Made by a program: the position numbers and the translations under genes. Source: a virus. Taken from it: DNA of 64,000 nt. How positions within the stretch are numbered: the stretch's first letter is position 1; each line of letters opens with the position of its first letter. Below the pieces are notes generated by a model. That model searched no databases. It had not been told where the DNA came from and saw only the letters and a list, made by a program, of their open reading frames with translations. Below are positions 37,676 to 46,840 of this stretch, one piece after another. Location: the IMG/VR virus record IMGVR_UViG_3300023176_002545. One strand, given 5' to 3'.

Positions 37676-38771
37676 AAAATTCACGTATAGGACATACGCC
37701 CGGCGGTAAGTCTCTTGCACGGTTCTTCCAGTCCCATTGTGTATAACAACGAAAACCACAACGATCAAAATAAGGACAACTTAAACAACCTACTTCATCC
37801 ATGTATGCTTGCATAAGGTTGGTGTTGTCTTTTCTAATATATGCATGATTAAAGTCATTGCGTGTATAACGATGCCAACGACAGTTTGCAGTTGTGTTGT
37901 CAGGGAATATTGTGAGCTTGTTTAAACTCATACAGTGCATTTGATTTTTATCTTGTGTTAATAATTCTCTATAAGGAAATACCATAGGATAGTTATCTGC
38001 AATATATTTCATAAACTTCAAATACAAACTATCACTTGGTACTAGATGATCGTAACCTGGATCAGGAATAAAATCATCAAAGAACAAATCAAAATTTTTG
38101 TACAAGTAATCAAAATACTCATCGCCAGCAAACAGTGCGTTAATACTGTCTGTTGTTGCTACTAGGTTAATAGTAGACACATAGTCTTTGAAACGTTCGA
38201 TATTTTTAGTGTATTGTCCGCCTGTAGGACGACCGCTTAGATCATAACTAGCAATCAGTTTACTTGGGATGTCTACTGCATTTAATTTGTCTAACAGTGT
38301 ACGTACATCTTCGTGATATTTGAATAAAAAGTTGCTGACCCAAACTACTTGTATTACATGTCCGTACTTGTCACAGATTTTTTTAATCTCAAGCATTAGA
38401 TCATAATACATAGGATACAGTGTTTCTCTTGCACGGTCTTGAAACAGCTCTCCGCCTACCATATTAAACTGCATAGCATGTACTTTGCCTTGCATCTTTT
38501 TACAGTGTGCTTCTACTAGAGGAAGTTTAGCAAGCATTTCAGGATATGTCATGCCCACTGTACTGTCTTTGTCATGAAAGCAAAAGTCGCACACAATAGG
38601 ACAGTTTTCAAATAGAGTGATTTCTATTTCGCCAATAAGAGGACGCTTACGCTCTAGTATCATATGCGTAACTGCATTTGCTGCTTGTTGTTCCGGAGTG
38701 TCTAATAAATGATCGTCGGTAACATTTTCAGGCATTAATGCTTTTAATATTTCTGTGCCACAACCGCCCAT
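37560..38771 (-). CDS. radical SAM/SPASM-like protein 4
   Basis: CPIVCDFC, VGGE; C-terminal HC...NCRW...CLSC...CGFRC...C. Confidence 0.9.
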   Translation of the reverse strand: MGGCGTEILKALMPENVTDDHLLDTPEQQAANAVTHMILERKRPLIGEIEITLFENCPIVCDFCFHDKDSTVGMTYPEMLAKLPLVEAHCKKMQGKVHAMQFNMVGGELFQDRARETLYPMYYDLMLEIKKICDKYGHVIQVVWVSNFLFKYHEDVRTLLDKLNAVDIPSKLIASYDLSGRPTGGQYTKNIERFKDYVSTINLVATTDSINALFAGDEYFDYLYKNFDLFFDDFIPDPGYDHLVPSDSLYLKFMKYIADNYPMVFPYRELLTQDKNQMHCMSLNKLTIFPDNTTANCRWHRYTRNDFNHAYIRKDNTNLMQAYMDEVGCLSCPYFDRCGFRCYTQWDWKNRARDLPPGVCPIREFFNYVGDTRQTSSLPHNTIERRAPFPSEMKDQVVQPDQV

Positions 38772-39895
38772 TATCTATAACCTATATTATTGTAAAGTGC
38801 CATTACGTTTTTATTTATAAGGCACTCGTTTTGTTGTATTACATCTGACATGAGTGTTTGTATTAGCCTTGAGTTACAATTTTCAACATACTCACAGTTG
38901 TTGCACACAAGGTTAGGTATATTTTTATACTGTTGTATTTGCAAGTTGTGCTTTTTATTCATTATACTTGTTAGCACACTGCCTTCTATTGGTATCTCAA
39001 AGCTCTCATGATATATTGGAGAGTTTTCATATAAGAAAGGAACAACATATAACTTGTCGTTATTAACAGTAACAATAACTTCGTTAAAGTTTTTATGACT
39101 ATTATCACTTTGTTGCCAAATAAAGTTTTCTTTAAAACGTTTTTCGTCTTTGTCTACAACACTTTGTATACTGTTATTCCAGCCTTGTATTATGCCTAAC
39201 ATTTTGTCAGGCTTGTTTACCATTGCACGTACTAGACTAGGTCCCCATTCTACAACAGTACCCCATTTTTTACGCACACTTTCTATTTTATCCAATACAT
39301 CATCGTCAACTTTTTGTGTAATATTACAAAGCAGACTTACTTCATACTCAACACTACTTGCTTCCATCATTGCAAGGCGTTTTTCAATAAGACTGTGTAC
39401 GTTTGAGTTATCCAACATATGCAAGTCAACTGCTATTTGTACATCAAAAGGACGCTCACAAAGATAACTGTTTTCAACATGTTTAATTACTTGTTCAACA
39501 CGTTCGTCTCCGATGAAAAAATCAACTGAACAGTTGTGTTGCAAGCCTCCTTCTTCAGGTAAAGCATCAACTATTTTACGAAAACGAGGATCTTCTAATA
39601 CAGGTATAATATTGCCGCTTGAAAAGAAATCGGTAGGTCCTACAATAATATCATCAAGCACATATTGTTCGGTTAGTTCATCAACTAATTGTGCTGCTAG
39701 GTCAAGTCCTAACCCTGTTCCGTAGTTTTTTCTGCGTTTAACAAAACAACCTGAACAGTTATATGCACACCCTTCAAGTATTTCAAGCATGAGTTGTATT
39801 TTTATTTTGTTTTGATCAGCAGGATTTACAAAACCTTCATCATGATAATCTGTTTTATTTTTGTTTAAGTAGTCTTGCCAATCTTTACGTAGCAT
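38771..39895 (-). CDS. divergent radical SAM-like paralogue 5 (start revised to MLRKDW at 39895)
   Basis: LEGCAYNCSGCFVKR, VGPTDFF; C-terminal CNNC...C...C. Confidence 0.8.
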   Translation of the reverse strand: MLRKDWQDYLNKNKTDYHDEGFVNPADQNKIKIQLMLEILEGCAYNCSGCFVKRRKNYGTGLGLDLAAQLVDELTEQYVLDDIIVGPTDFFSSGNIIPVLEDPRFRKIVDALPEEGGLQHNCSVDFFIGDERVEQVIKHVENSYLCERPFDVQIAVDLHMLDNSNVHSLIEKRLAMMEASSVEYEVSLLCNITQKVDDDVLDKIESVRKKWGTVVEWGPSLVRAMVNKPDKMLGIIQGWNNSIQSVVDKDEKRFKENFIWQQSDNSHKNFNEVIVTVNNDKLYVVPFLYENSPIYHESFEIPIEGSVLTSIMNKKHNLQIQQYKNIPNLVCNNCEYVENCNSRLIQTLMSDVIQQNECLINKNVMALYNNIGYR

Positions 39896-40964
39896 TATAG
39901 CTCTCCAATACACGTAAAGGATATACACAGTCTTTAAATTTATAGTGTTCCATATACTTTAGTACATGTTTACTCATACATATTTCTCTACGACTACAAT
40001 TTTCACAACTTGTAGTTTCTGATAGGTAATCTAGCTGTTCTAAATATAATGTTGTTTTTAAATCAGTCCAACTTTTAATGTCTGTAGGATTTTGCACACG
40101 AAACTCATCAGTTTTTATTAGTGCTGCTTCATAAACAAACGGAGTTGAATAAAACTCTCCTTGACTGAATGTATAGTTAAGTTCAAACGGACCACCTTGG
40201 TCTTTGTCTGCAATAGTCATTGCAAGATATTCTTTATTTGTATCGTTAAAAGTATTTTCAATAGTCTTAACCCAGTCATTAATTAAACGTTCGTGTATTA
40301 CACCTTTGCTGTAACGTTGATAGCTAGGTAGTGTTTCCAATATACTTTCGTATTCATCACGCACTATGCGACTTATTTCTGCTAGATTTTCAATATTGCT
40401 ATCTATATTAAATGTAATGTAATAATCTACAGGATCAGTAAACTTGTTTAGTACTTCATGTATACGTGCAATGTTATTTTTTCTATATGTAGGATCTAAA
40501 ACTTGTTTAGGATCTATTACAACTTGGAAACCATATAGAAAATCATCACGCTTTGGTATACTGTTGAACTTCTCTATAACTTGGTCAATGTATTTGTCGT
40601 CTGCTTGCAGTGTACTTGGCATTTCAATAGTAGTACAACGACTTACTAGCGTTCTAAAGTTTTCGTAATCTAGTAAATCTAATATATTCAAGTTACCAAA
40701 CACATCTGTAGGACCAATGTTTACACTTGTAAAGCGTATATTGTTAGACATAAACAGTTCTTGTGCATCAAGTACCTTTTGAATGTCTTCGTTTGTAACT
40801 TGTTGACGTCTACGATTAACAAAGCACCCTGCACAGTTATGTATACAACCATCAAGAACGTCTAGAGTCATGTTTACTTTTATTTCGTGAGCATTTGCCA
40901 CACCAATATTGTAATCTTCGTGTCCTCTAGTTGTTTCCCAATAGTTATTTTTTACGATTGGCAT
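39885..40964 (-). CDS. divergent radical SAM-like paralogue 6
   Basis: LDGCIHNCAGCFVNR, IGPTDVF; C-terminal CENC...C...C. Confidence 0.8.
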   Translation of the reverse strand: MPIVKNNYWETTRGHEDYNIGVANAHEIKVNMTLDVLDGCIHNCAGCFVNRRRQQVTNEDIQKVLDAQELFMSNNIRFTSVNIGPTDVFGNLNILDLLDYENFRTLVSRCTTIEMPSTLQADDKYIDQVIEKFNSIPKRDDFLYGFQVVIDPKQVLDPTYRKNNIARIHEVLNKFTDPVDYYITFNIDSNIENLAEISRIVRDEYESILETLPSYQRYSKGVIHERLINDWVKTIENTFNDTNKEYLAMTIADKDQGGPFELNYTFSQGEFYSTPFVYEAALIKTDEFRVQNPTDIKSWTDLKTTLYLEQLDYLSETTSCENCSRREICMSKHVLKYMEHYKFKDCVYPLRVLESYNAT

Positions 40965-42126
40965 GGTATACTTTCTTTATTTCTTCTAGTCGTTCATCGC
41001 CGTCTTCAGTTACTAAGAACTTTTTGCGATAACCTTGCTTGTCTGCTTCAACTGAATAGTCTGTCCAGTCATACATTTCTGCTGCACTTTTATTATAGTT
41101 ATAAATGTTCTTCATCATATTTTCTTTAGGTGCAATACAAGTGTCTACACCTAAGTAATCACGTAGTAATATTACTTTTCTGTTATAACAACTAAAGAAC
41201 AAGTCGCAATTTTCACACTCTGTACCTTTTGCACGTTCCATTTGTGTTAGTGTCTTGTAATATGCTTCGTCTAAGTCCTTAACTTCAAACTGTTCATCAT
41301 ACAATGCCATGTTTTCATACATAAATGGACTCAAATACCACTTGCCCTTCTTAAAGTTAAGTACTGTGTAGTTGTGTCCAGCATGAGAATGGTCAACCAT
41401 GATGTTGTTTAGATGAGTGTCTTCAGGTAGTGCTTCAAAAAATGCATTAAACTGGTTAAGTGTACGCAATATTATGTTAGGTTTATGGCTACGACTAACA
41501 CTTGGTATAAAGTCAATGGTAGTATCAAACTCTTTAACTACAAAATCATGTATTTGTTCATAGTCTAAGTCATATTGTCTAATGTTTACAATGAATGTGT
41601 ATGTACATTCGTGTTTTAGGTTAGCATCAATGTACGCAATACAACGTTTGAGCTGTTGTATGTACAATATGTCCTTGTAACGCATTGGATCTGTTGCAAT
41701 ACCTACCTCTATTTCAGTATCAGTGTTAACATTGGCGTGTAAGAAGTTAATCCAACGCTCTAAGTAGCTCATGTCTTGCTCTAAAAAGGTTGTAGTGAAC
41801 GCAAGTATAGGAGAGTTTTCATTTATCATAGACAACAAGTCGGGATCTTGCATTACTTGGTAAAAGTTTTCGCTAGACAGGCAGTCTGTTGGGCCTATTA
41901 GTACTTCATCTACTAAAATTCCCTTGTCAGTTATGCGTTTTACAAACTCACGGCACTGTTTTAAGTGATTTTCTTCAGGAGCATTGCCTCTACGGTGTAC
42001 AAAACAGCCCGGACAAGCGTGTATACACCCGTCTAACACATCTAATTGTATTTTTACGGCACTAACTGGTTTAGTTTGTGTTTCTGTTGTTAGCTCGTAG
42101 TACAAGTTGTTCTTAATGACTGGCAT
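40945..42126 (-). CDS. divergent radical SAM-like paralogue 7
   Basis: LDGCIHACPGCFVHR, IGPTDCL; C-terminal CENC...C...C. Confidence 0.8.
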   Translation of the reverse strand: MPVIKNNLYYELTTETQTKPVSAVKIQLDVLDGCIHACPGCFVHRRGNAPEENHLKQCREFVKRITDKGILVDEVLIGPTDCLSSENFYQVMQDPDLLSMINENSPILAFTTTFLEQDMSYLERWINFLHANVNTDTEIEVGIATDPMRYKDILYIQQLKRCIAYIDANLKHECTYTFIVNIRQYDLDYEQIHDFVVKEFDTTIDFIPSVSRSHKPNIILRTLNQFNAFFEALPEDTHLNNIMVDHSHAGHNYTVLNFKKGKWYLSPFMYENMALYDEQFEVKDLDEAYYKTLTQMERAKGTECENCDLFFSCYNRKVILLRDYLGVDTCIAPKENMMKNIYNYNKSAAEMYDWTDYSVEADKQGYRKKFLVTEDGDERLEEIKKVYHANRKK

Positions 42127-43141
42127 TTAGGTACTCCTTGGGCAATACACACTCTGTTAAACCTCTATCTTGCATGTAAAACAGTACATTACGCTCTGCA
42201 CAGCTCATTAAATGAGGACAACTTGCACATTCTTGAGTATTTTCAGCATATGCAAGGTTGCGAGACAAGAAATCATCACTGTTTATGTTTTGTACTTCAA
42301 AGTTTGGTGTACGTTGCAGTATAGCATCGTACAAAAACGGATTCATATACAGTTTACCATTGTAAAAACTGTAGTTAGAGCATCCATAGCCATTAAACTG
42401 TGCATCAAACATAGTATACAGGCTTTTGTACTTGGGGTCAATCTTTTGTTTGCTTAGTTCTTGTATAAACATTGGCAAATATTTACTTACTTTGCCTCTG
42501 CTGTTACGATCGTTAAGGAAACTTGGTAGTATAACTACAGGAGCATTGAAATCTTTCATGGTCATATCACATAAATGATTGTAATCAACACTATCAAATA
42601 TGCCTGGATAGTAGTTTACTCTAAACTGCACACTGCCTTGTTTAAACAGTTCAAGTTTGCGACACATATCTTCAACATCGCCCTGCAAGTAACGTTCAAT
42701 GTCGAGCACTATCTTAAAGTCTATGTCAGGTGTGCGATCTAGTCCTTCGTAAAGGCTCCAAATCTTAGTGTGTTTAGCAAGTATTGTGTTGTAGTCCTGT
42801 AGTAGCGTTGAGTTAAAACTTAATGCTGCAATGTTGTACAAGCGTTTCATACTAGGATGCTCCATCAACTCCCAAAAGTTTTCAGCATCAAATATATCAG
42901 TAGGTCCTATTACAACATCGTCAGGTGTATATGCACTAGATTCTAGTATATCACAAAGAGTTGTTAAGTGATCAGCACTGGTTAAGTTTTTGCGTGGAAT
43001 AAAACAGCCAGGACACTGTTGACTACAGCCGTGTAGTATGTCAGCATGAACTTCAACCCTAAGAAAGTTGTTATCCTTAGGGCTTACACCTTCAACGTAG
43101 TTATTAAATCCTGATGGAGTTGCGTTTAAGTTAACGAGCAT
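42113..43141 (-). CDS. divergent radical SAM-like paralogue 8
   Basis: LHGCSQQCPGCFIPR, IGPTDIF; C-terminal CASC...C...C. Confidence 0.8.
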   Translation of the reverse strand: MLVNLNATPSGFNNYVEGVSPKDNNFLRVEVHADILHGCSQQCPGCFIPRKNLTSADHLTTLCDILESSAYTPDDVVIGPTDIFDAENFWELMEHPSMKRLYNIAALSFNSTLLQDYNTILAKHTKIWSLYEGLDRTPDIDFKIVLDIERYLQGDVEDMCRKLELFKQGSVQFRVNYYPGIFDSVDYNHLCDMTMKDFNAPVVILPSFLNDRNSRGKVSKYLPMFIQELSKQKIDPKYKSLYTMFDAQFNGYGCSNYSFYNGKLYMNPFLYDAILQRTPNFEVQNINSDDFLSRNLAYAENTQECASCPHLMSCAERNVLFYMQDRGLTECVLPKEYLNASH

Positions 43142-44312
43142 TGACGATTTTCAAGGCATCGTCATTCCATTGCTCTGTGCTGTCAATAAACGGATTGTAC
43201 ATTTCAAGTACTTCTAGCGGCATCAGGCACTCATGCATATTCATAGCGTCTTGTGCTTGGAATATCAGTCTGTTTGCACATGCTACAGCATACTTACAAT
43301 CAGCACAATCCTTAACAGTGGAAGACTTTGCCAAGCCTTTTGCTATTAGTTGATCCCTCTTTGCCAATATTTCTTCAAAACTTAAACCTGTTACTTCTAA
43401 TTCTTTATGTTGTGTAAAGAACGCTTGTTCGTGTAGCATAACATTTAGGAATACACGAGGTGCATCAAAGCCAGGAATAATAGTTAGCCCTATGAAGTTC
43501 ATTGAGTTACAGTACAAGTTAGCCATACTCATTGTAACATCAGCATAGTTATCTTGATCTACTACTTCTTTTAAGAAGTTGTTCCATGCTACTAGATTCT
43601 TACGCTGGTGTAATACACTTGGTGCTCTAGAGAACGCAGGGTTCATTTCTAGAATAGTTTCGTAATCTTCAAGAATCTTGTATAGCAGTTTGTTGTAGTT
43701 TTCTTTAGTTAGATGTTTTTGCATTACATTACTTGCTTGTAATGTCCAACTCCAGTCAATGTTTTTAGGAGTTTCATTTGCAAAGAACTCTAGTTTTGCT
43801 TTTATGTCTTTGAAATATTCTTCATCATTAAGTATACGGTCAATATCACCTACTGGCATAATAAACTCAATGATCATTTCATCTCTGTATTTTGCAGGAT
43901 CGTCAAGTATTGAAAATACTTCACGTAGTCTTTCCATGCTTACATCGTCTATTTTGCTAGGTGTAGCAATACGTGCTTTTGTATGTTCACGCATGATATC
44001 CTGTATAATAGGATTGTTAAGAATATTGTCTGTATTATTTGCTGAGAAAAGATCAGTTGGACCAATAACAAACTCACGTAAATTAAGTCCTGTGCGTGTT
44101 ACGCCGTCTGCAAGTTCTTTTGCAGTAGTTAACATTGCATCCATTGTAGCAACGTCTTGATTTTTGTTAACAAAACAACCTAAACAACCATGGTTACAAC
44201 CAGTGAGTCCTTCAAAGTTAATTAGTACGTCAAACTTTTGTGCATGACTAGGAGGTAGACTCTCAGGTCCACTGTATCTCATCTGCTTGCAGTATGATTG
44301 TTGCATTGTCAT
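43131..44312 (-). CDS. divergent radical SAM-like paralogue 9
   Basis: LTGCNHGCLGCFVNK, IGPTDLF; C-terminal CADC...C...C. Confidence 0.8.
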   Translation of the reverse strand: MTMQQSYCKQMRYSGPESLPPSHAQKFDVLINFEGLTGCNHGCLGCFVNKNQDVATMDAMLTTAKELADGVTRTGLNLREFVIGPTDLFSANNTDNILNNPIIQDIMREHTKARIATPSKIDDVSMERLREVFSILDDPAKYRDEMIIEFIMPVGDIDRILNDEEYFKDIKAKLEFFANETPKNIDWSWTLQASNVMQKHLTKENYNKLLYKILEDYETILEMNPAFSRAPSVLHQRKNLVAWNNFLKEVVDQDNYADVTMSMANLYCNSMNFIGLTIIPGFDAPRVFLNVMLHEQAFFTQHKELEVTGLSFEEILAKRDQLIAKGLAKSSTVKDCADCKYAVACANRLIFQAQDAMNMHECLMPLEVLEMYNPFIDSTEQWNDDALKIVNAR

Positions 44313-45019
44313 TCTGTTATTCCCTCATCAAATAATTCTAGCATATTATTTGCAACACCATGTTTTATTAATGTGTTATATAAGTCAGCACCTTGATACT
44401 TACTTTCATTGTTAAAAACTCTAACATTTAAGTTACTAGTTGGCCACGGACCAAACTTATGTCCTAACAAATACAAAACATCAATAGCATATGTTGCTAT
44501 ATATACAATATTTAGCCCGATTTCTGTATCACTATCAGTGTATTCTAACTCTTCTGGCACAAGTTCTTTATACTTGTCGTTATATTTGCTGGCTTGATCA
44601 ATACAGAACAATGCAACGTGTTGCATTTTGTCTAACAAATCGTCAAATAATTTTCCATGTTCATTAATATACTCGTCGATCATATCATTTGACCACAGAG
44701 TATTCATTGCAGCATCAACATTGTTATATTCTTGACCTAATTTTCTTTTTGCAATTAGTGCTATAATTCTAGCTAGTAAAGGTGCTTCAACTAGAAAATT
44801 AATTTTAATATATTCATTTAGTAGTTCTGCATCAACAGTGTCAAACTGTACTTTAAAGTTTGTGTTAGCAATATAGACTAAGATATGTTTTACAGATAAT
44901 ACTTTTTTACTTTCTTCATAATTTACATGAAGAGTGTAATCATCACTATCTGCTTTGATCTTATAAATTTCTGCTAGATCTGTTGGTTTTAAAGGTAGTA
45001 TATAACTTTGTGTTGACAT
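44309..45019 (-). CDS. hypothetical accessory protein (236 aa)
   Basis: ATGA-coupled to paralogue 9; no recognisable motif. Confidence 0.7.
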   Translation of the reverse strand: MSTQSYILPLKPTDLAEIYKIKADSDDYTLHVNYEESKKVLSVKHILVYIANTNFKVQFDTVDAELLNEYIKINFLVEAPLLARIIALIAKRKLGQEYNNVDAAMNTLWSNDMIDEYINEHGKLFDDLLDKMQHVALFCIDQASKYNDKYKELVPEELEYTDSDTEIGLNIVYIATYAIDVLYLLGHKFGPWPTSNLNVRVFNNESKYQGADLYNTLIKHGVANNMLELFDEGITE

Positions 45020-45027
45020 TGTGTCTC

Positions 45028-46080
45028 CTATACCAGTGGTTTTACTTTAAACAGCAAATACGGTATACGACTCTTACGCTTGTAGAAGAATTCTACTTCA
45101 CTCCAAGCATTTCTAAGTGCTTCGTTATTTGCAAAATTAAATCCGCCCTCTGCTATTTGTACTACAATAGGAATAGTTTTAGCAAATTCTTTGTATACTT
45201 CTTCATATTCCCAATCTTCGTGGTTGTTAATGAGTTCTAAGAGTTCAGCATTATTGCCAACATCGTTCCAAAAATCTCTTAACACATAAAGTGCTTGCAT
45301 GCGATTTTTATTTTGGAATGTATCTTTAACAAATTGTACTTTGTCCCATGATGAATTACCGTTTGCATGGAACCAATCAATAATACCGTTAATAACACTA
45401 ATATAACCAATTTTATTTTGTAGCATACCAATTACTTCATCAATCATTTTTTCACTGTGAACAGTGAATTTTTCACGCAAATGATTTTGTGTTACTAAGT
45501 TAATTTCTGCATACGTTTCATTTTCGTTATACTTGTCATTAATAAAGAAAAGTATATCATAACCCCAATGTTTACTACTTGGAGTGCCCATGTTATGCCA
45601 TTCATTTTTAGCGTAAACATCTTCAACACAACCGTTAATATCATTTTCTGTAAATGTAGTGTATGTTGCGTATGTAATATCTCTTTGGAACACTAACTTT
45701 AAAAAGTCTTTTACTACATCTTTAACATCTTTGTTAGTTGCTGTTTGTAGTAGAGATGCAATATACTTTGCATATACACGAATTAAATCTAATGCATCAT
45801 CAAATAATAAAAACTCTTTGTCATTGTTTGACAAATATTCCCATGTGTTTATTTGATCAGTTGTAGTGAACGAAAGCATATCCGGATTTGCATTAGGATA
45901 ATCTGTAAGTAGTGTATTAACATACGAGTCTCGTACTTGTGAGTGTCCTTCCGGTGCTACTAACACCATTTTTCTTGTTTGATCGCCTGCCCAAGGACTC
46001 TCTGCTAAAGCACTTACCATAGAGCTAGACTTTCCTAAATATTTCTTATTGTTGATATAATAAAAACTTTCACCTATCAT
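45028..46080 (-). CDS. hypothetical accessory protein (350 aa)
   Basis: TAATG-coupled to the upstream CHxS-repeat gene; no recognisable motif. Confidence 0.7.
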   Translation of the reverse strand: MIGESFYYINNKKYLGKSSSMVSALAESPWAGDQTRKMVLVAPEGHSQVRDSYVNTLLTDYPNANPDMLSFTTTDQINTWEYLSNNDKEFLLFDDALDLIRVYAKYIASLLQTATNKDVKDVVKDFLKLVFQRDITYATYTTFTENDINGCVEDVYAKNEWHNMGTPSSKHWGYDILFFINDKYNENETYAEINLVTQNHLREKFTVHSEKMIDEVIGMLQNKIGYISVINGIIDWFHANGNSSWDKVQFVKDTFQNKNRMQALYVLRDFWNDVGNNAELLELINNHEDWEYEEVYKEFAKTIPIVVQIAEGGFNFANNEALRNAWSEVEFFYKRKSRIPYLLFKVKPLV

Positions 46081-46463
46081 TATCTTCTTCCCCTTGAGCC
46101 GTGACAGCTATAATGGCAACTACTATGACAGATTCTCCAATCAAAATATGTGTTAGTTAGTCTGCCTTCTATTTGGTTAACTGTGCGTGAAATACAGTTA
46201 GTTGCAAAATTTTGTACCTCACTTGCATATACTTTTAGATTATCTCCAATGTTATTTGGAAGATCTGCTGTACTATATGTTCCTTGTCCTGCGTTTACAT
46301 ACTCATAACGTCTGTTACCGTAAGCAGTTCCAGAACCCCAACCACTTACGTTTGCATAATAGCACGTAGCATTGAAGTTAATAGTCTTGTCAAAAGATCT
46401 AAGACGTAGATACGCATTGTTATAGTATCTTGTTTCTAAAGAAGCGTGTGACTCGCCTGCCAT
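46080..46463 (-). CDS. candidate precursor/substrate protein A2 (127 aa) ending CHSSCHYSCHGSRGRR
   Basis: C-terminal (CHxS)3 repeat; paralogue of the next gene; in an operon with the rSAM genes. Confidence 0.75.
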   Translation of the reverse strand: MAGESHASLETRYYNNAYLRLRSFDKTINFNATCYYANVSGWGSGTAYGNRRYEYVNAGQGTYSTADLPNNIGDNLKVYASEVQNFATNCISRTVNQIEGRLTNTYFDWRICHSSCHYSCHGSRGRR

Positions 46464-46837
46464 TACCTTCTCCCTCTACTGCCGTGACAACTATAATGGC
46501 AACTTGTATGACAAATACGAAAATCAAAATACTGATTAGTTATTCGACTTTCGATTAAATCACAAGTTCTTGTTATAGCATTTAGTGCCTGGTCTATCAT
46601 ATGTCCTGCATCTACTAGTGTAGTATTGGGATACACGTTTCCGTTGTAATCACTGTTAGGAGCATTTACATACTCATAACGTCTGTTACCATATGCAGTA
46701 CCTGCGTTGTAACCGCCATAGTTTTGATTAGTATAAACTGTGGCTGCTACGTTTACAGTTTTATCAAACCCTCGCAATTGAGCACCAGCATTGCCGGTAA
46801 AATAATCTCTTGCGGATGTTCGATTCATGTTTCCCAT
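46463..46837 (-). CDS. candidate precursor/substrate protein A1 (124 aa) ending CHTSCHYSCHGSRGRR
   Basis: Shares FDKT.N, GTAYGNRRYEYVNA and YFD.RICH.SCHYSCHGSRGRR with A2; starts 3 nt after the giant fibre stop. Confidence 0.75.
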   Translation of the reverse strand: MGNMNRTSARDYFTGNAGAQLRGFDKTVNVAATVYTNQNYGGYNAGTAYGNRRYEYVNAPNSDYNGNVYPNTTLVDAGHMIDQALNAITRTCDLIESRITNQYFDFRICHTSCHYSCHGSRGRR

Positions 46838-46840
46838 GGA

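Noticed and set aside
38771-44312. NrdG (anaerobic RNR activase) or QueE identity for the CxxxCxGC proteins
   Set aside because: NrdG and QueE are shorter, keep a GGE(P) motif and lack C-terminal Cys clusters. These are 340-390 aa with GPTD, occur in five copies, and have no nrdD or que genes nearby.
46080-46837. Diversity-generating retroelement TR/VR pair suggested by near-identical DNA in the two small genes
   Set aside because: Both copies are coding, the differences are not confined to adenines, and no reverse transcriptase is present in the window; simple gene duplication explains it.
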